In this document: positions 1 through 9,632 of the stretch, in pieces | Numbering within the stretch: the stretch's first letter is position 1 | Layout: each line of letters starts with the position of its first letter | DNA from: Parcubacteria group bacterium | Lineage (GTDB): Bacteria > Patescibacteriota > Minisyncoccia > Phycocordibacterales > UBA2100 | DNA length: 64,000 bases | Direction: 5' to 3' | Assembly: GCA_943358385.1 (NCBI GenBank) | Contig: CALRGX010000005.1 | Span: 2,886-66,885 of the forward strand | Position numbers and translations under genes: made by a program | Notes under the pieces: model-generated | Told to the model about the DNA's origin: nothing | The model's input: only the letters and a program-made list of their open reading frames with translations | The model's database searches: none

Positions 1-1
1 G

Positions 2-1036
2 ATGCAGTACCACACCGACCGAATGCAAGGACTTGCGCCCGATCTGCTGCAGCGTGCCGAGCGCAAAATGCACCTGCTGAACGAAGCACATGATGTGCTG
101 GGAAATCCAGAGCAGCGTGCGCAGTACGACACACTGTACGACACCTGGGAGAAACCCATCAGTCATGACGGTACTCCCATCATCGACCTCAGCGCCGAAG
201 GTTTTTCACTCTCGCGCTTGTTTGCGGGGATGGAAGGGTCTTCGGACGAGCATGATGCAAAAATGATTGAGCTGGCAGGGCAGCTGGCGCCTTTCAACGA
301 GGCCACCTACAACTTTTTCAAACATCAGGTGGAGTCCGAGGCGGGCTTGCCGCCAGGCCTCGAAAAGGCGTGGCAAGAGCAGCTGGAAGCACGTGAAGTG
401 CACCTGGCTCTGCGCGAATCTTTGATTCGCGACAGCATGGGTGTTCGTCGTAAGGACGGTGCGCCGCGCCTGTACTACGCGGAGCAGATTGAGGAAGAAG
501 TTGCCGCAGTCGTGCAGGAAGCACACGCAGCCATTGACACACAGGTGCTGCGACTTACTGCAGGCAAACCTGCTCTTTTGCCGGCGCCCGTTGGGGTGAG
601 CCCAGATGAAGGCAGCGTTGCCTTAATGGAGCACTACACGACGCGCATCAACCAGTACCTCGAGGCGAAAAAAGCGGAACTGGTTCCCTTGGTAAAAGAA
701 AGGGAAGAAATCCTCCGTCAGCGTTTCCAGCTCACGGCTCAGGTGTCGTATCATCCACTATCCACCGTCTTCACCGAACGGCTTGCCATTCAGGTGAAGA
801 CGCCAAAAAACACGACGCAATGGGTGACGGTAATCCGCACTGGCCCCACTCATGTGGAGATGAGTATGGAAGATGGTGTGAAAGAAATGGAAACGGATGC
901 GGGCGCAACGGCGTGGATTGCGAAGGGTTGGTCCATCGTTTCGTTTTTCGTGCAGCCAGGCATCGACATTCAGAGTCAGCTCTTGGAAGTGATTGAACAG
1001 CACATGAGCCAGGTGCCACACACAGAAACGGAATAG
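2..1036 (+). CDS. J-domain-like protein (5' truncated by window edge), HPD motif changed to HTD
   Basis: N-terminal QYHTDR...LLNEAHDVLGNPEQRAQYD matches DnaJ helices II-IV; the remainder is unrecognised. Confidence 0.65.
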   Translation: MQYHTDRMQGLAPDLLQRAERKMHLLNEAHDVLGNPEQRAQYDTLYDTWEKPISHDGTPIIDLSAEGFSLSRLFAGMEGSSDEHDAKMIELAGQLAPFNEATYNFFKHQVESEAGLPPGLEKAWQEQLEAREVHLALRESLIRDSMGVRRKDGAPRLYYAEQIEEEVAAVVQEAHAAIDTQVLRLTAGKPALLPAPVGVSPDEGSVALMEHYTTRINQYLEAKKAELVPLVKEREEILRQRFQLTAQVSYHPLSTVFTERLAIQVKTPKNTTQWVTVIRTGPTHVEMSMEDGVKEMETDAGATAWIAKGWSIVSFFVQPGIDIQSQLLEVIEQHMSQVPHTETE

Positions 1037-1051
1037 ACGAGTGTGCGAAAC

Positions 1052-1078
1052 ACACCGCCCGACAAAGTCGGGCGGTGT
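1052..1078 (+). terminator. Stem-loop after J-like gene
   Basis: ACACCGCCCGAC-AAA-GTCGGGCGGTGT. Confidence 0.7.
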
Positions 1079-1087
1079 TCTGATAAA

Positions 1088-1172
1088 AATATAAAGGTCG
1101 GTCCTTTATATTCTGAGGTGGTTCTCATGCAGACCTCCGTACTAAAAAATATAAAGGACCGACCTTTATATT
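1088..1172. repeat. Inverted doublet of a 25-bp palindrome (REP/BIME-like)
   Basis: AATATAAAGG-TCGGT-CCTTTATATT (1088-1112) and AATATAAAGG-ACCGA-CCTTTATATT (1148-1172). Confidence 0.75.
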
Positions 1173-1250
1173 GCAGCTTGCGTGTGGGTGACCGCGTTCA
1201 TTTCGTGGATACAGGAGCCGACTGTGTGTGCGCAGTGCTACGATTTAGCC

Positions 1251-2282
1251 ATGTCATCAATGCGCCGGCTAGGTGCGCTTTTTGTGGGGGCCTGTGCCGC
1301 CATATGTACTTTTCCAGCAGTCGCGATGGCGCACACGCGCTGGTTTGCCGAAGGGACGCTTCAGCCCTACACCACCATGGAGCCTACTAGTTTATATTTG
1401 CTCGCCTGGGCCGTCATCACTACAGTTATTGTGAGTGTCGGCATCTATTTGGAGAGAAATACTATTCTGCGATTAGAATGGATTAAGCCGCGACTTGCGC
1501 ATTCCTTTGATAGAGCGGCGGGCACTTTTTCAATGGTGGCGGGCGCGTTTTTTGTAGTGGCAGGCACACATGAGTATCTCTTTTCGTCCAACATGGAAAA
1601 TGCTCTTGGTGTGCCCTCGTACTTCATTATTGCGCAGGTGTTTATTGGCCTCGCATTTTTGGTCGGAGCGTATGCACGTGTTGCGGCGCTCGCCTTGATT
1701 GCATTGTGGGCGCTCTCGATTGCATGGTTTGGTTGGTTGCCCATGGTTGAAAATCTGTGGGTGGTTGGGACTGGTCTTTTCATCCTGATAATGGGTAACG
1801 ATTATTTCAGCGTCCTAAATGTGCGGCTGCTCAAGAAATACACGCAGCACTATCATGCGTATGCATTGCCGCTTTTGCGCGTGTGTACTGGCGCCACATT
1901 GTTGGTGCTCGGCTTTTCGGAAAAGATTCTTCATCCCGAGTTCGGCATCAACTTTCTTGCTCAATACCACTGGAATTTTATGCAGCTGCTCGGATTTGCC
2001 GGGTACAGTGACTACCTCTTCACGCTCTCGGCCGGCTCGGTGGAAGCATTGCTCGGTATTGTATTTATTCTTGGCATCATGACCCGACTGAATGCATTGG
2101 TGGTCGCTACTTTTTTCACGATACCGCTTTTCATCCTGGGACCTATCGAGCTTGCTGGGCACCTGCCACATTTCGCGGCGGTGGTCATGCTTCTCTTGTT
2201 TGGAAGTGGTGACAAATTCGTTTTGATTCCACGGGTGCACCGCATTGCGGCCCACACGCGCCCAGGGGCGCATAGACGGTAA
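1251..2282 (+). CDS. DoxX-family polytopic membrane protein
   Basis: Many TM segments; GFSEKILHP and GPIELAGHLP motifs; start chosen from TACGAT-N6-ATG. Confidence 0.65.
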   Translation: MSSMRRLGALFVGACAAICTFPAVAMAHTRWFAEGTLQPYTTMEPTSLYLLAWAVITTVIVSVGIYLERNTILRLEWIKPRLAHSFDRAAGTFSMVAGAFFVVAGTHEYLFSSNMENALGVPSYFIIAQVFIGLAFLVGAYARVAALALIALWALSIAWFGWLPMVENLWVVGTGLFILIMGNDYFSVLNVRLLKKYTQHYHAYALPLLRVCTGATLLVLGFSEKILHPEFGINFLAQYHWNFMQLLGFAGYSDYLFTLSAGSVEALLGIVFILGIMTRLNALVVATFFTIPLFILGPIELAGHLPHFAAVVMLLLFGSGDKFVLIPRVHRIAAHTRPGAHRR

Positions 2283-2406
2283 TGATGGGTCTCGGGTACC
2301 TGGCTCGTCAGAGCTCTACACAGGTGGACGAGGTGAAGGGGGTGCGTACAATAGCCACAACACTCGTTTTATAGGCGTGTGATTAATAGCGTTACAACGC
2401 ATACAT

Positions 2407-2957
2407 ATGAAAGCAATACTAGGAATCGTGATTTTGATCGTGCTCGCAGCGGGCGGCTGGTACCTCTACGACAAAAAGAGTGCAGAAAAATGGCACAAGA
2501 CGATGCGGCCATGAAAGCCGAAATGATGGCAAATGATCCAGATGGGGACGGTGACGACCACATGATGGGCACATCGACCGACGACATGATGATGGGTACA
2601 TCCAGCATGGCAACCTCGAGCTCTGCAACATCAACAGGCATGATGGATGACAAAAAGACGGAAGAAGTGGCTTCAGCGCCAGGAGCACCAGTCTTCACCA
2701 TGACCGGCAAAAATTTCGAGTTTTCCACGAAGGAGATGAAAGTAAAAAAAGGAGATAAAGTAACGGTGATTTTCGAGAGTTCGAGTGGATTCCATGATTG
2801 GGTGGTTGATGAATTTAAAGCAGCAACCAAACAGGTGAACCCTGGAACCAAGACATCGGTAACGTTTGTCGCAGATAAAACCGGCACGTTTGAGTACTAC
2901 TGCTCGGTAGGCAAGCATCGCCAGAGCGGTATGGTAGGGAAGTTGATTGTTGAGTAA
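2407..2957 (+). CDS. Membrane-anchored cupredoxin/plastocyanin-like protein, split by a frameshift at A5 (2486-2490)
   Basis: MKAILGIVILIVLAAGGWYLYDKKSAEK in one frame joins the Met-rich linker and HDW...YYCSVGKHRQSGM Cu-site frame if one A is added. Confidence 0.8.
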
Positions 2958-2980
2958 AGGAGAAAACCGTTTCGGGAAAA

Positions 2981-3009
2981 GACAGCCGCGCCCTATGGGC
3001 GCGGCTGTC
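2981..3009 (+). terminator. Stem-loop
   Basis: GACAGCCGCGCCC-TAT-GGGCGCGGCTGTC. Confidence 0.7.
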
Positions 3010-3048
3010 GTGTTTGTAGCAAGGCCTGGGTAGCGGTACAGTCTGGGT

Positions 3049-4194
3049 ATGCAAGGCGTCATTCATACGCGGAAAGTCGTTAGTAGTGTATTTTTCGTCG
3101 CCATCGCCATTGGCGGGTTTTTGGTCCCCGCATCGAGTGGTGCCCAAGAACTCTTGCCTGAAGTGGAGCACATATGGAAAGCTCAGGCCGTGAGTGTCTC
3201 GAGTGCGACGACAACATTCGAGGCATTTGGTGTGGAGTCGCAGTCCCAAATCCTCGAAGCTCGTATTCTGGAAGGCGAACGCTCGGGGGAAGTGGTACAG
3301 TTTCGCAACGACTACATCCTCCTTAAATCTGGAGACCGATTCTATCTGCGCCATAGCGTGCAGCCAGGAGGAGAAGATAGTTTTGCGGTGTTCGACCGAG
3401 ATCGACATCTGGTCTTGGGGGTGCTGGCTCTTTTATTTGTTGCGGCGGTTATATTCCTCGGAGGAATACAGGGTGTGCGTGCGCTGCTATCACTCATCGC
3501 CAGTTTCCTCTTGATTATGTACGTACTGGTGCCGTCACTCCTTGCGGCATATCCGCCCGTTTTGGTAAGTGTGGTGATTGCAGCGGGCATTTTGGCGCTC
3601 GCCATATTTCTGACACATGGCATCAATCGGGGGTCAGTCGTGGCGTTTGTAGGCACAGTCACTGCGGTGTTGTGTACTGGTGCACTGGCGACACTCGTCT
3701 CGTACTTTGCGGGATTTACGGGATTGGGCCCGGACGAGGCAACCTACCTTAATTTGGCAACGGGTGGAACGCTGGATTTAGCGGGTCTCCTTCTGGCGGG
3801 GATTATCATCGGTATGCTTGGTGTGTTGGACGATATTGCCATCACCCAGGTAGCGGTGGTGCGTGAGCTCTACCATGCGACACCGGATATGAGCAGGCAC
3901 GAAGTTTATACGCGTGCTATGCGTGTCGGGAAAGAACATGCCGGGGCATTGGTGAATACCTTGGTATTGGCGTACAGCGGTGCGGCGCTCCCGCTCATTA
4001 TGCTCTTCGCGCTCTCTGAAGAGAGTATGCTTTTTTTCATCAATAGAGAGATTTTTGCCGTGGAAATAGTACGAGCCCTGGTCGGCTCTATCGGCCTCAT
4101 GGTAGCGGTCCCCGTCACGACCGCGCTTGCCGCGTGGTTTTTGCGAGGACACGCGCATGGCGTCGGGCCCGTGCACGGCCATCACCACGGATAG
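3049..4194 (+). CDS. YibE/F family membrane protein
   Basis: GVLDDIAITQ, LVNTLVLAYSG and EIVRALVGSIG motifs; His-rich tail. Confidence 0.85.
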   Translation: MQGVIHTRKVVSSVFFVAIAIGGFLVPASSGAQELLPEVEHIWKAQAVSVSSATTTFEAFGVESQSQILEARILEGERSGEVVQFRNDYILLKSGDRFYLRHSVQPGGEDSFAVFDRDRHLVLGVLALLFVAAVIFLGGIQGVRALLSLIASFLLIMYVLVPSLLAAYPPVLVSVVIAAGILALAIFLTHGINRGSVVAFVGTVTAVLCTGALATLVSYFAGFTGLGPDEATYLNLATGGTLDLAGLLLAGIIIGMLGVLDDIAITQVAVVRELYHATPDMSRHEVYTRAMRVGKEHAGALVNTLVLAYSGAALPLIMLFALSEESMLFFINREIFAVEIVRALVGSIGLMVAVPVTTALAAWFLRGHAHGVGPVHGHHHG

Positions 4195-4243
4195 GGTGCA
4201 TTTCCAAAAAAGGGTAGGGGCGCGTATACTCAGGGTACCTGCC

Positions 4244-5131
4244 ATGCTGTCACTCGTACTTTCCCCTCTGCGCATCCTGATGACGGGGCTCACCGCGCTG
4301 GCCATTGCCGTGTCATCCCTGGCGTACATGAAAAATGTAGAGCGCGTCCCTGTTCTCGTGGAGGCACCGCCGGTCTACTTTCATTGCGCACAAGGGAGGT
4401 CCTTCATTTTCACACCGCATACCGGCTCGGCAACAATTGAGCTTTCTGACGGCAGAGTGATGGAATTATATGCAAAAGAGACCGACGCGGGGGTGCGATA
4501 TTTAGACAAAGACGAGACCGGCGAATTTACCGTGCATGGTGATAGTGCTGGATTTATTTCACATGGGCTAGAAGATTTTAGCGATTGTTCGCGGGAAGAT
4601 GTGCCGAGTGTAAACACGTGCGTGCTGTCGTTGAAAAAGGCAGTGACTGCGTATGCTCGCCCGAGTACCAATGCTGCCGTGTTTGGCACCATTGCGATGG
4701 ATGAAAAGTCTCCCGTTGTAGGGCGCACCACGACGGGCTGGATTGGTGTTGAACCAGGTGTTCCTCAGGCGCCGAATATTGGTCCTTTTCGGGCTCGTTG
4801 GATTGAGCTCACCCCTGATGTGGCACTGGAAGGAGCTACCTGTAGTGTCCTTCCTATCATGCCTGCCCTTGATACACAGGCGTGTTACGTGATGGTGCAC
4901 CAAGACACTGCCGTGTATGCCCAGCCAGTTCGCGCATCAGCCACGGTGGCGACATTGTACAGCGGTGCGTATGTGCGCGCCGTATCACGCGACACGCGAG
5001 ATGCTGACTTTCTGAAGGTTAACCTTACCGACGGATCTTCTGGCATTGGGCGCACCGGAAAAACAATTGGATGGGTGCATAGCGCCGATGTGGATGTGAA
5101 TGGCGCGTGCGCGGCAGAAGATTTCTACTAG
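4244..5131 (+). CDS. Exported protein with MliC-like domain plus SH3-like domains
   Basis: N-terminal TM; YFHCAQGRSF...GVRY...C resembles MliC; later AVYAQP...ATVATL...GWVHSADV is SH3b-like. Confidence 0.5.
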   Translation: MLSLVLSPLRILMTGLTALAIAVSSLAYMKNVERVPVLVEAPPVYFHCAQGRSFIFTPHTGSATIELSDGRVMELYAKETDAGVRYLDKDETGEFTVHGDSAGFISHGLEDFSDCSREDVPSVNTCVLSLKKAVTAYARPSTNAAVFGTIAMDEKSPVVGRTTTGWIGVEPGVPQAPNIGPFRARWIELTPDVALEGATCSVLPIMPALDTQACYVMVHQDTAVYAQPVRASATVATLYSGAYVRAVSRDTRDADFLKVNLTDGSSGIGRTGKTIGWVHSADVDVNGACAAEDFY

Positions 5132-5150
5132 ACATTCCTACCATCCGCGT

Positions 5151-5864
5151 ATGTCCACCACACCGTACTCCAAAGTTGCTGCATTGTGGCATCCGTTTTT
5201 AGTGTTGGGAGGTTTTGACCGTGGCTTGCGCCACCTCATAAAACGATTGCCATACTTGCCGCCGAACGATGCACCACTCAAAGTACTCGATATAGGTTGC
5301 GGGTCTGCGGTGATGAGTTTTGCACTCCTGAAGCGCTTTCCTCAGGCTGAAGTTTTGGCCACTGATATGGACCCCATTATGGTGCGTGAGGCGGTAAAGC
5401 ACCGCGACAAGCTGGGCATCAAGAGAACACAGTGCGCTTTTGCCTGCTCGGATGCCAACTATCCCCACATGGTGCAGTACGGTTGTACGGGGGCATATCA
5501 GGAGTTGCCGCATGAAGCATTTGACCTGGTGGTTGCGGGTGCGGTCTTGGAGCATGTCGATTTAGATCGTGCCATACAATCAGTGTTTGCCTTGTTGAAG
5601 CCAGGCGGCACGTTTCTCATCATTGCGATGCGCGAAGAAGCCTTTCTTTCCAAGGTGTATGAGCGTGTCTATCATTGCATCCCGCGATCTATCGAGACAC
5701 ATCGCGAAAGTCTCATGGCCGCAGGGTTTCAAAGTGTTTTGGTGGAACGAACGCGATTGAGCGACTTCAGTGCAAACCTCACTCGCGTAGCAATTATTGC
5801 GCGCAAGGCACCTCACGTCGCTTCGTCTGAGGACCTCGCGTATACTGTGCCTATTATTGCGTAG
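5151..5864 (+). CDS. Class I SAM-dependent methyltransferase
   Basis: VLDIGCGSA, FDLVV, LLKPGG motifs. Confidence 0.85.
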   Translation: MSTTPYSKVAALWHPFLVLGGFDRGLRHLIKRLPYLPPNDAPLKVLDIGCGSAVMSFALLKRFPQAEVLATDMDPIMVREAVKHRDKLGIKRTQCAFACSDANYPHMVQYGCTGAYQELPHEAFDLVVAGAVLEHVDLDRAIQSVFALLKPGGTFLIIAMREEAFLSKVYERVYHCIPRSIETHRESLMAAGFQSVLVERTRLSDFSANLTRVAIIARKAPHVASSEDLAYTVPIIA

Positions 5865-5878
5865 TACTCAATCTCTCT

Positions 5879-6421
5879 ATGGTAAAGATGCTTACTGGTT
5901 TCGTGGTGGCTGGGGCGGTTATTCTTGGCGGGTGGTGGTACTTTGGGTCAGATACGACGGCGCCCGGTGCAGAAACTGCTCCCACAGAAAACACCGGCAC
6001 AGCTCCCACTGAGTCTGTACAAGCTGGTACGTTCAGCGGATCGTTTGATGATTTGGCAGCACGCGGCGGCGACTGGAAGTGCACCTTTACGTCAAAGACC
6101 GAAATGGGTGATGCAGTAGGTACTGTGTATGTTTCAGGAAAAAATATCCGTGGTGATTTTTCAATGATCGCGCCGGTTATTGGGAAAGTAGACAGCTACA
6201 TGATTGCTGATAGTGAATTCACGTACTCGTGGTCTTCGATGCTGCCGCAGGGTTTTAAAGCGAAGCGTGCAGATGGGGGAGTGGCTGCAGAGACTGACAC
6301 AAAAACTGCTGACACTATGGTGAACCCTAAGATGGCGATGAATTACAACTGCGAGCCGCATACGGCAGATGCGGCGCTCTTCGTCGTGCCGAGCAACGTT
6401 ACCTTCAAAGATTTGAACTAA
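5879..6421 (+). CDS. Membrane-anchored hypothetical protein
   Basis: N-terminal TM; Cys pair; C-terminal FVVPSNVTF. Confidence 0.7.
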   Translation: MVKMLTGFVVAGAVILGGWWYFGSDTTAPGAETAPTENTGTAPTESVQAGTFSGSFDDLAARGGDWKCTFTSKTEMGDAVGTVYVSGKNIRGDFSMIAPVIGKVDSYMIADSEFTYSWSSMLPQGFKAKRADGGVAAETDTKTADTMVNPKMAMNYNCEPHTADAALFVVPSNVTFKDLN

Positions 6422-6492
6422 CGCTTCACGTTCAAGCAGTACAGAGTGAGGCGCGGCAACCTTTGGTTGCCGCGCCCTCTTGCTCCCATCAC

Positions 6493-6828
6493 CTACATAC
6501 TCGGTGGTTCGTATACGCACAAAAGCTGCAGCGTGTGAGGCGAAATGCACACATGCCAACGCATATCGCGCGAAAGGCGTCGTGGGAACTCAGGCGGCAC
6601 TACTGCCGAGCGGCCGTGCTCGCTCATCATGTACAATCCGCCTGGCACCATTTCAATCCGTGATGCTGGCGCACAGTCGCCGTTGTTGCAGCAACCACTT
6701 TCATACCACGACACAACGCTACCATCGGTATTCACATGATCGTGTGCCATGGTGGATGCGGTAGTGATAAGGAGTATGAACGTCATCATGCATACAGATA
6801 CCGCATTGTGCGGATGTCTGAGTATCAT
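6493..6828 (-). CDS. Small secreted Cys-rich protein (SWYxxxCCxxxDC type)
   Basis: Signal-like segment, then HDH...SWYESGCCNNGDC...WHVC...LLCVYEPP; GGAGG SD upstream. Confidence 0.7.
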   Translation of the reverse strand: MILRHPHNAVSVCMMTFILLITTASTMAHDHVNTDGSVVSWYESGCCNNGDCAPASRIEMVPGGLYMMSEHGRSAVVPPEFPRRLSRDMRWHVCISPHTLQLLCVYEPPSM

Positions 6829-6959
6829 GCGATGTATCCTCCGTTTGGTGCAGTCTTTTTGCACCATACGCCGATTTATCATATGTGCAAGATTGTGATA
6901 TTCTCGAAAAAGGCAGCTCGTTGGTACAGCTGACCTCCTCGAACCAAGGAGACAGTACG

Positions 6960-7370
6960 ATGAAGAAACTGCGCTACGCAGGGGCAGCATTGCTCCTCCT
7001 GACACTGACGGCACTGACGGCCACACCTGCTGCCGCAAGCTTCTGCGGCGGCTCAACTGCCTGGAAGATGCTCACGAACGTCGCCTATGTCCAGTATGCC
7101 GACCCGGCACTACAGCAGAGGCTCTCGTTCTTCGAACGCTGGCAGGTACGCCGCGATCTCGACCTGCTCGAGACCACAACGGTCGGCCAGGCGCAGATCG
7201 ATGCGCTCGATCGTCTGATCGCAACGGCCCGTGCAAAACTTGGCCGTGATGCTGCTCGTCCCTATGCCGGCGCTGCCTACGAGCTCATCGGCAAGGTCTA
7301 CCACATCATGTCGGAGCACAATGGTGACCTCACGCTCGCCGATCGTGCCGAGGGCAATGTGGCTGGTTAA
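6960..7370 (+). CDS. Secreted hypothetical protein
   Basis: AAGGAG SD; MKKLRY...PAAA signal peptide; terminator at about 7394-7432. Confidence 0.75.
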   Translation: MKKLRYAGAALLLLTLTALTATPAAASFCGGSTAWKMLTNVAYVQYADPALQQRLSFFERWQVRRDLDLLETTTVGQAQIDALDRLIATARAKLGRDAARPYAGAAYELIGKVYHIMSEHNGDLTLADRAEGNVAG

Positions 7371-7393
7371 GCTACGGCATTTTGATGCCTTTT

Positions 7394-7432
7394 GAAACGC
7401 CGCCTCCCCTTGAGGCGGCGTTTTCTTTTTTG
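7394..7432 (+). terminator. Rho-independent terminator
   Basis: AAACGCCGCCTC...GAGGCGGCGTTTTCTTTTTT. Confidence 0.8.
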
Positions 7433-7464
7433 CACTCTTTTGCTGAGAGGCGTATGCTCGTGCT

Positions 7465-7791
7465 ATGGAACTCTCTCAAGTCTGCCCCGATGTATCTAGC
7501 TGGCGTCACGACCGCCACGAGGCATTCGAATTGGGTGGGGCTGTGGTACCAGGACTTTTCCGTGATGTGTATCGCTATCGAGAAGATAGTACCGATGAGG
7601 ACTCACTTTCATGCGCATTCTACACACTCCATGATAAGCGGGTGCTTTCCGTCTGGGGTGTAGTTGGTGGCGCCGATTGCTGTCGGTACCACCAGCTGGA
7701 AGAGGGCGCGGTTCTCCCTGGTGCACCGAACATGCACGTGGACGTGAGCGAGCATTCTTTGTGGATTAACGATAAGCAATTTGCTCTATGA
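7465..7791 (+). CDS. Hypothetical protein
   Basis: 108-aa ORF whose stop overlaps the next start (ATGA). Confidence 0.6.
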   Translation: MELSQVCPDVSSWRHDRHEAFELGGAVVPGLFRDVYRYREDSTDEDSLSCAFYTLHDKRVLSVWGVVGGADCCRYHQLEEGAVLPGAPNMHVDVSEHSLWINDKQFAL

Positions 7792-8507
7792 TTCAACATT
7801 TTTCTATAACCGGAATGCATTGTGGTGCGTGTGTTAAAAAAGTCGAAGCGGCCGTAGGTGCGCTTGCAGGGGTGCGAGTGGTGCGGGTCGACCTTGCGTC
7901 GCAATCAATAGTACTCGAACACGACGCGCCACTTGAGCGCGCTGTAGTGTCACATGCTATAGCCGCTGCCGGGCCATACGTTCTTGGCGACGCCCAGAAC
8001 ATAGTAAAGACACCACCTGCATCCGGTGGGGTTATACGCAGGGTTATGCCGCTCCTTCTCATGCTTGTGTTGGTAACCCTCTTTGCCCTCTTAAAGCAAA
8101 TATTTTTTGCATCGCCGGCCACATTCCATGGGCTAATGCAGGATTGGATGGCCGGATTCTTCTTGCTATTTGGAGTGCTGAAGGTTATCAATCTGAAGAA
8201 ATTTGCCCTCATGTATCAGGGGTATGATGTCGCGGCAAAGCGTTTCCCGTGGTGGGGTTACCTGTACCCATTTCTGGAAGTGGGTCTGGGTCTACTCTTC
8301 CTGTTTGGCGCTGCGCTCGTTTTTGCGAATGTGGCAACAGTCGCGCTGATGGGTTTGGGCATGATTGGCATCTACAAAAAAATCCACTCCGAAGGAGAGG
8401 TGCAGTGCGCGTGTCTGGGAGGATTTTTCAATGTGCCAGTCACCTGGTTTACGTTTGCTGAAAATGGATTGATGGTGGTGATGGCTGTGTGGATGCTTTT
8501 GCAATAG
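7788..8507 (+). CDS. HMA domain plus MauE/DoxX-like membrane protein
   Basis: GMHCGAC metal-binding motif; YPFLE and CACLG motifs. Confidence 0.85.
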   Translation: MIQHFSITGMHCGACVKKVEAAVGALAGVRVVRVDLASQSIVLEHDAPLERAVVSHAIAAAGPYVLGDAQNIVKTPPASGGVIRRVMPLLLMLVLVTLFALLKQIFFASPATFHGLMQDWMAGFFLLFGVLKVINLKKFALMYQGYDVAAKRFPWWGYLYPFLEVGLGLLFLFGAALVFANVATVALMGLGMIGIYKKIHSEGEVQCACLGGFFNVPVTWFTFAENGLMVVMAVWMLLQ

Positions 8508-8531
8508 AGCGCACAATAAACGACATCAGTC

Positions 8532-9617
8532 ATGAATATCGATCGCATCATTGGGCACATCGACCTTGATGCGTTTTTTGCATCGGTGGAAGAGCGCGAC
8601 AAGCCATACCTGAAAGGTATGCCGATTGCCGTAGGGTCAGACCCTCTTGGCGGGAAAGGGCGTGGCGTGGTTTCGACCGCGAGCTATGCAGCGCGTACAT
8701 ATGGAATTAGAAGCGCGCTCCCCATACAGACTGCGTGGAAATTATCACAAGCTGCCAAAGCGCGCGGTGAGCAAGAGTGCATTTTCATCGTGCCGCACCA
8801 CGACAAATACGGCACTGCATCTGCTGAAGTCTTTGCGATTATCCGAGAGATTTTTCCTATCGTTGAACAGGTGGGTGTAGATGAAGGGTACGTTGACATG
8901 ACAGAACTAGGCAGCATATCTGCCGCCGAGAAAAAAGCAGCGCTGTTGCGTACGCGCGTACGCGAAGAGCTGGGCCTGGCACTCACGGTTGGGATTGGTC
9001 CCAATAAGCTGATTGCAAAGCTGGCCTCTGAAAAAGGCAAGCCGGACGGACTGTTTGTAGTACCGAGTGAAGAAGTAGACGAGCTGCTCATGCCGCTTTC
9101 TCTACAAGAACTGCCAGGCATTGGCAAGGTTACCGCTGCGCGCCTTACTACACGTGGGCTCAAGACGGTACGCGATGCGCGCAAGCTCAGCTGGCAAGAT
9201 TTGAGGAAACTGTTTGGAAGCCACGGTTTTTCTATGTACGAACGACTGCGTGGGATAGATGAGCGCGTGGTCGAGGTGGTTGGTGAGGCGCCCAAATCAA
9301 TAGGTAAGCACCACACTTTTTTTGAGGATGTTACCGACATACGAGAGGTAGAGGTGGTCCTTGCTACACAAGTGCAGAGCATCATGCGCTCGTTGAAGCG
9401 AGAAAGCTTCAGTGCGTTTAGGACGGTCGTTTTGACGGTTCGCTTTGATGACTTCACGACAGTGAGCCGTGCACTCACGCTTTCCACACCGCGCGCGGAC
9501 GCAAAAGAGTTAGAACTGAAAGCTTTGAAATTGCTCCTCCCATTTTTTGAAAAGAAGGAAAATCCGCATAAGAGGCCGGTTAGATTGATTGGCCTACGAA
9601 TTGAGAAGCTCTCATGA
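8532..9617 (+). CDS. dinB: DNA polymerase IV
   Basis: HIDLDAFFASVE, STASYAARTYGI, VGVDE, NKLIAKLAS. Confidence 0.93.
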   Translation: MNIDRIIGHIDLDAFFASVEERDKPYLKGMPIAVGSDPLGGKGRGVVSTASYAARTYGIRSALPIQTAWKLSQAAKARGEQECIFIVPHHDKYGTASAEVFAIIREIFPIVEQVGVDEGYVDMTELGSISAAEKKAALLRTRVREELGLALTVGIGPNKLIAKLASEKGKPDGLFVVPSEEVDELLMPLSLQELPGIGKVTAARLTTRGLKTVRDARKLSWQDLRKLFGSHGFSMYERLRGIDERVVEVVGEAPKSIGKHHTFFEDVTDIREVEVVLATQVQSIMRSLKRESFSAFRTVVLTVRFDDFTTVSRALTLSTPRADAKELELKALKLLLPFFEKKENPHKRPVRLIGLRIEKLS

Positions 9618-9632
9618 TAGTATCCGTGCACT

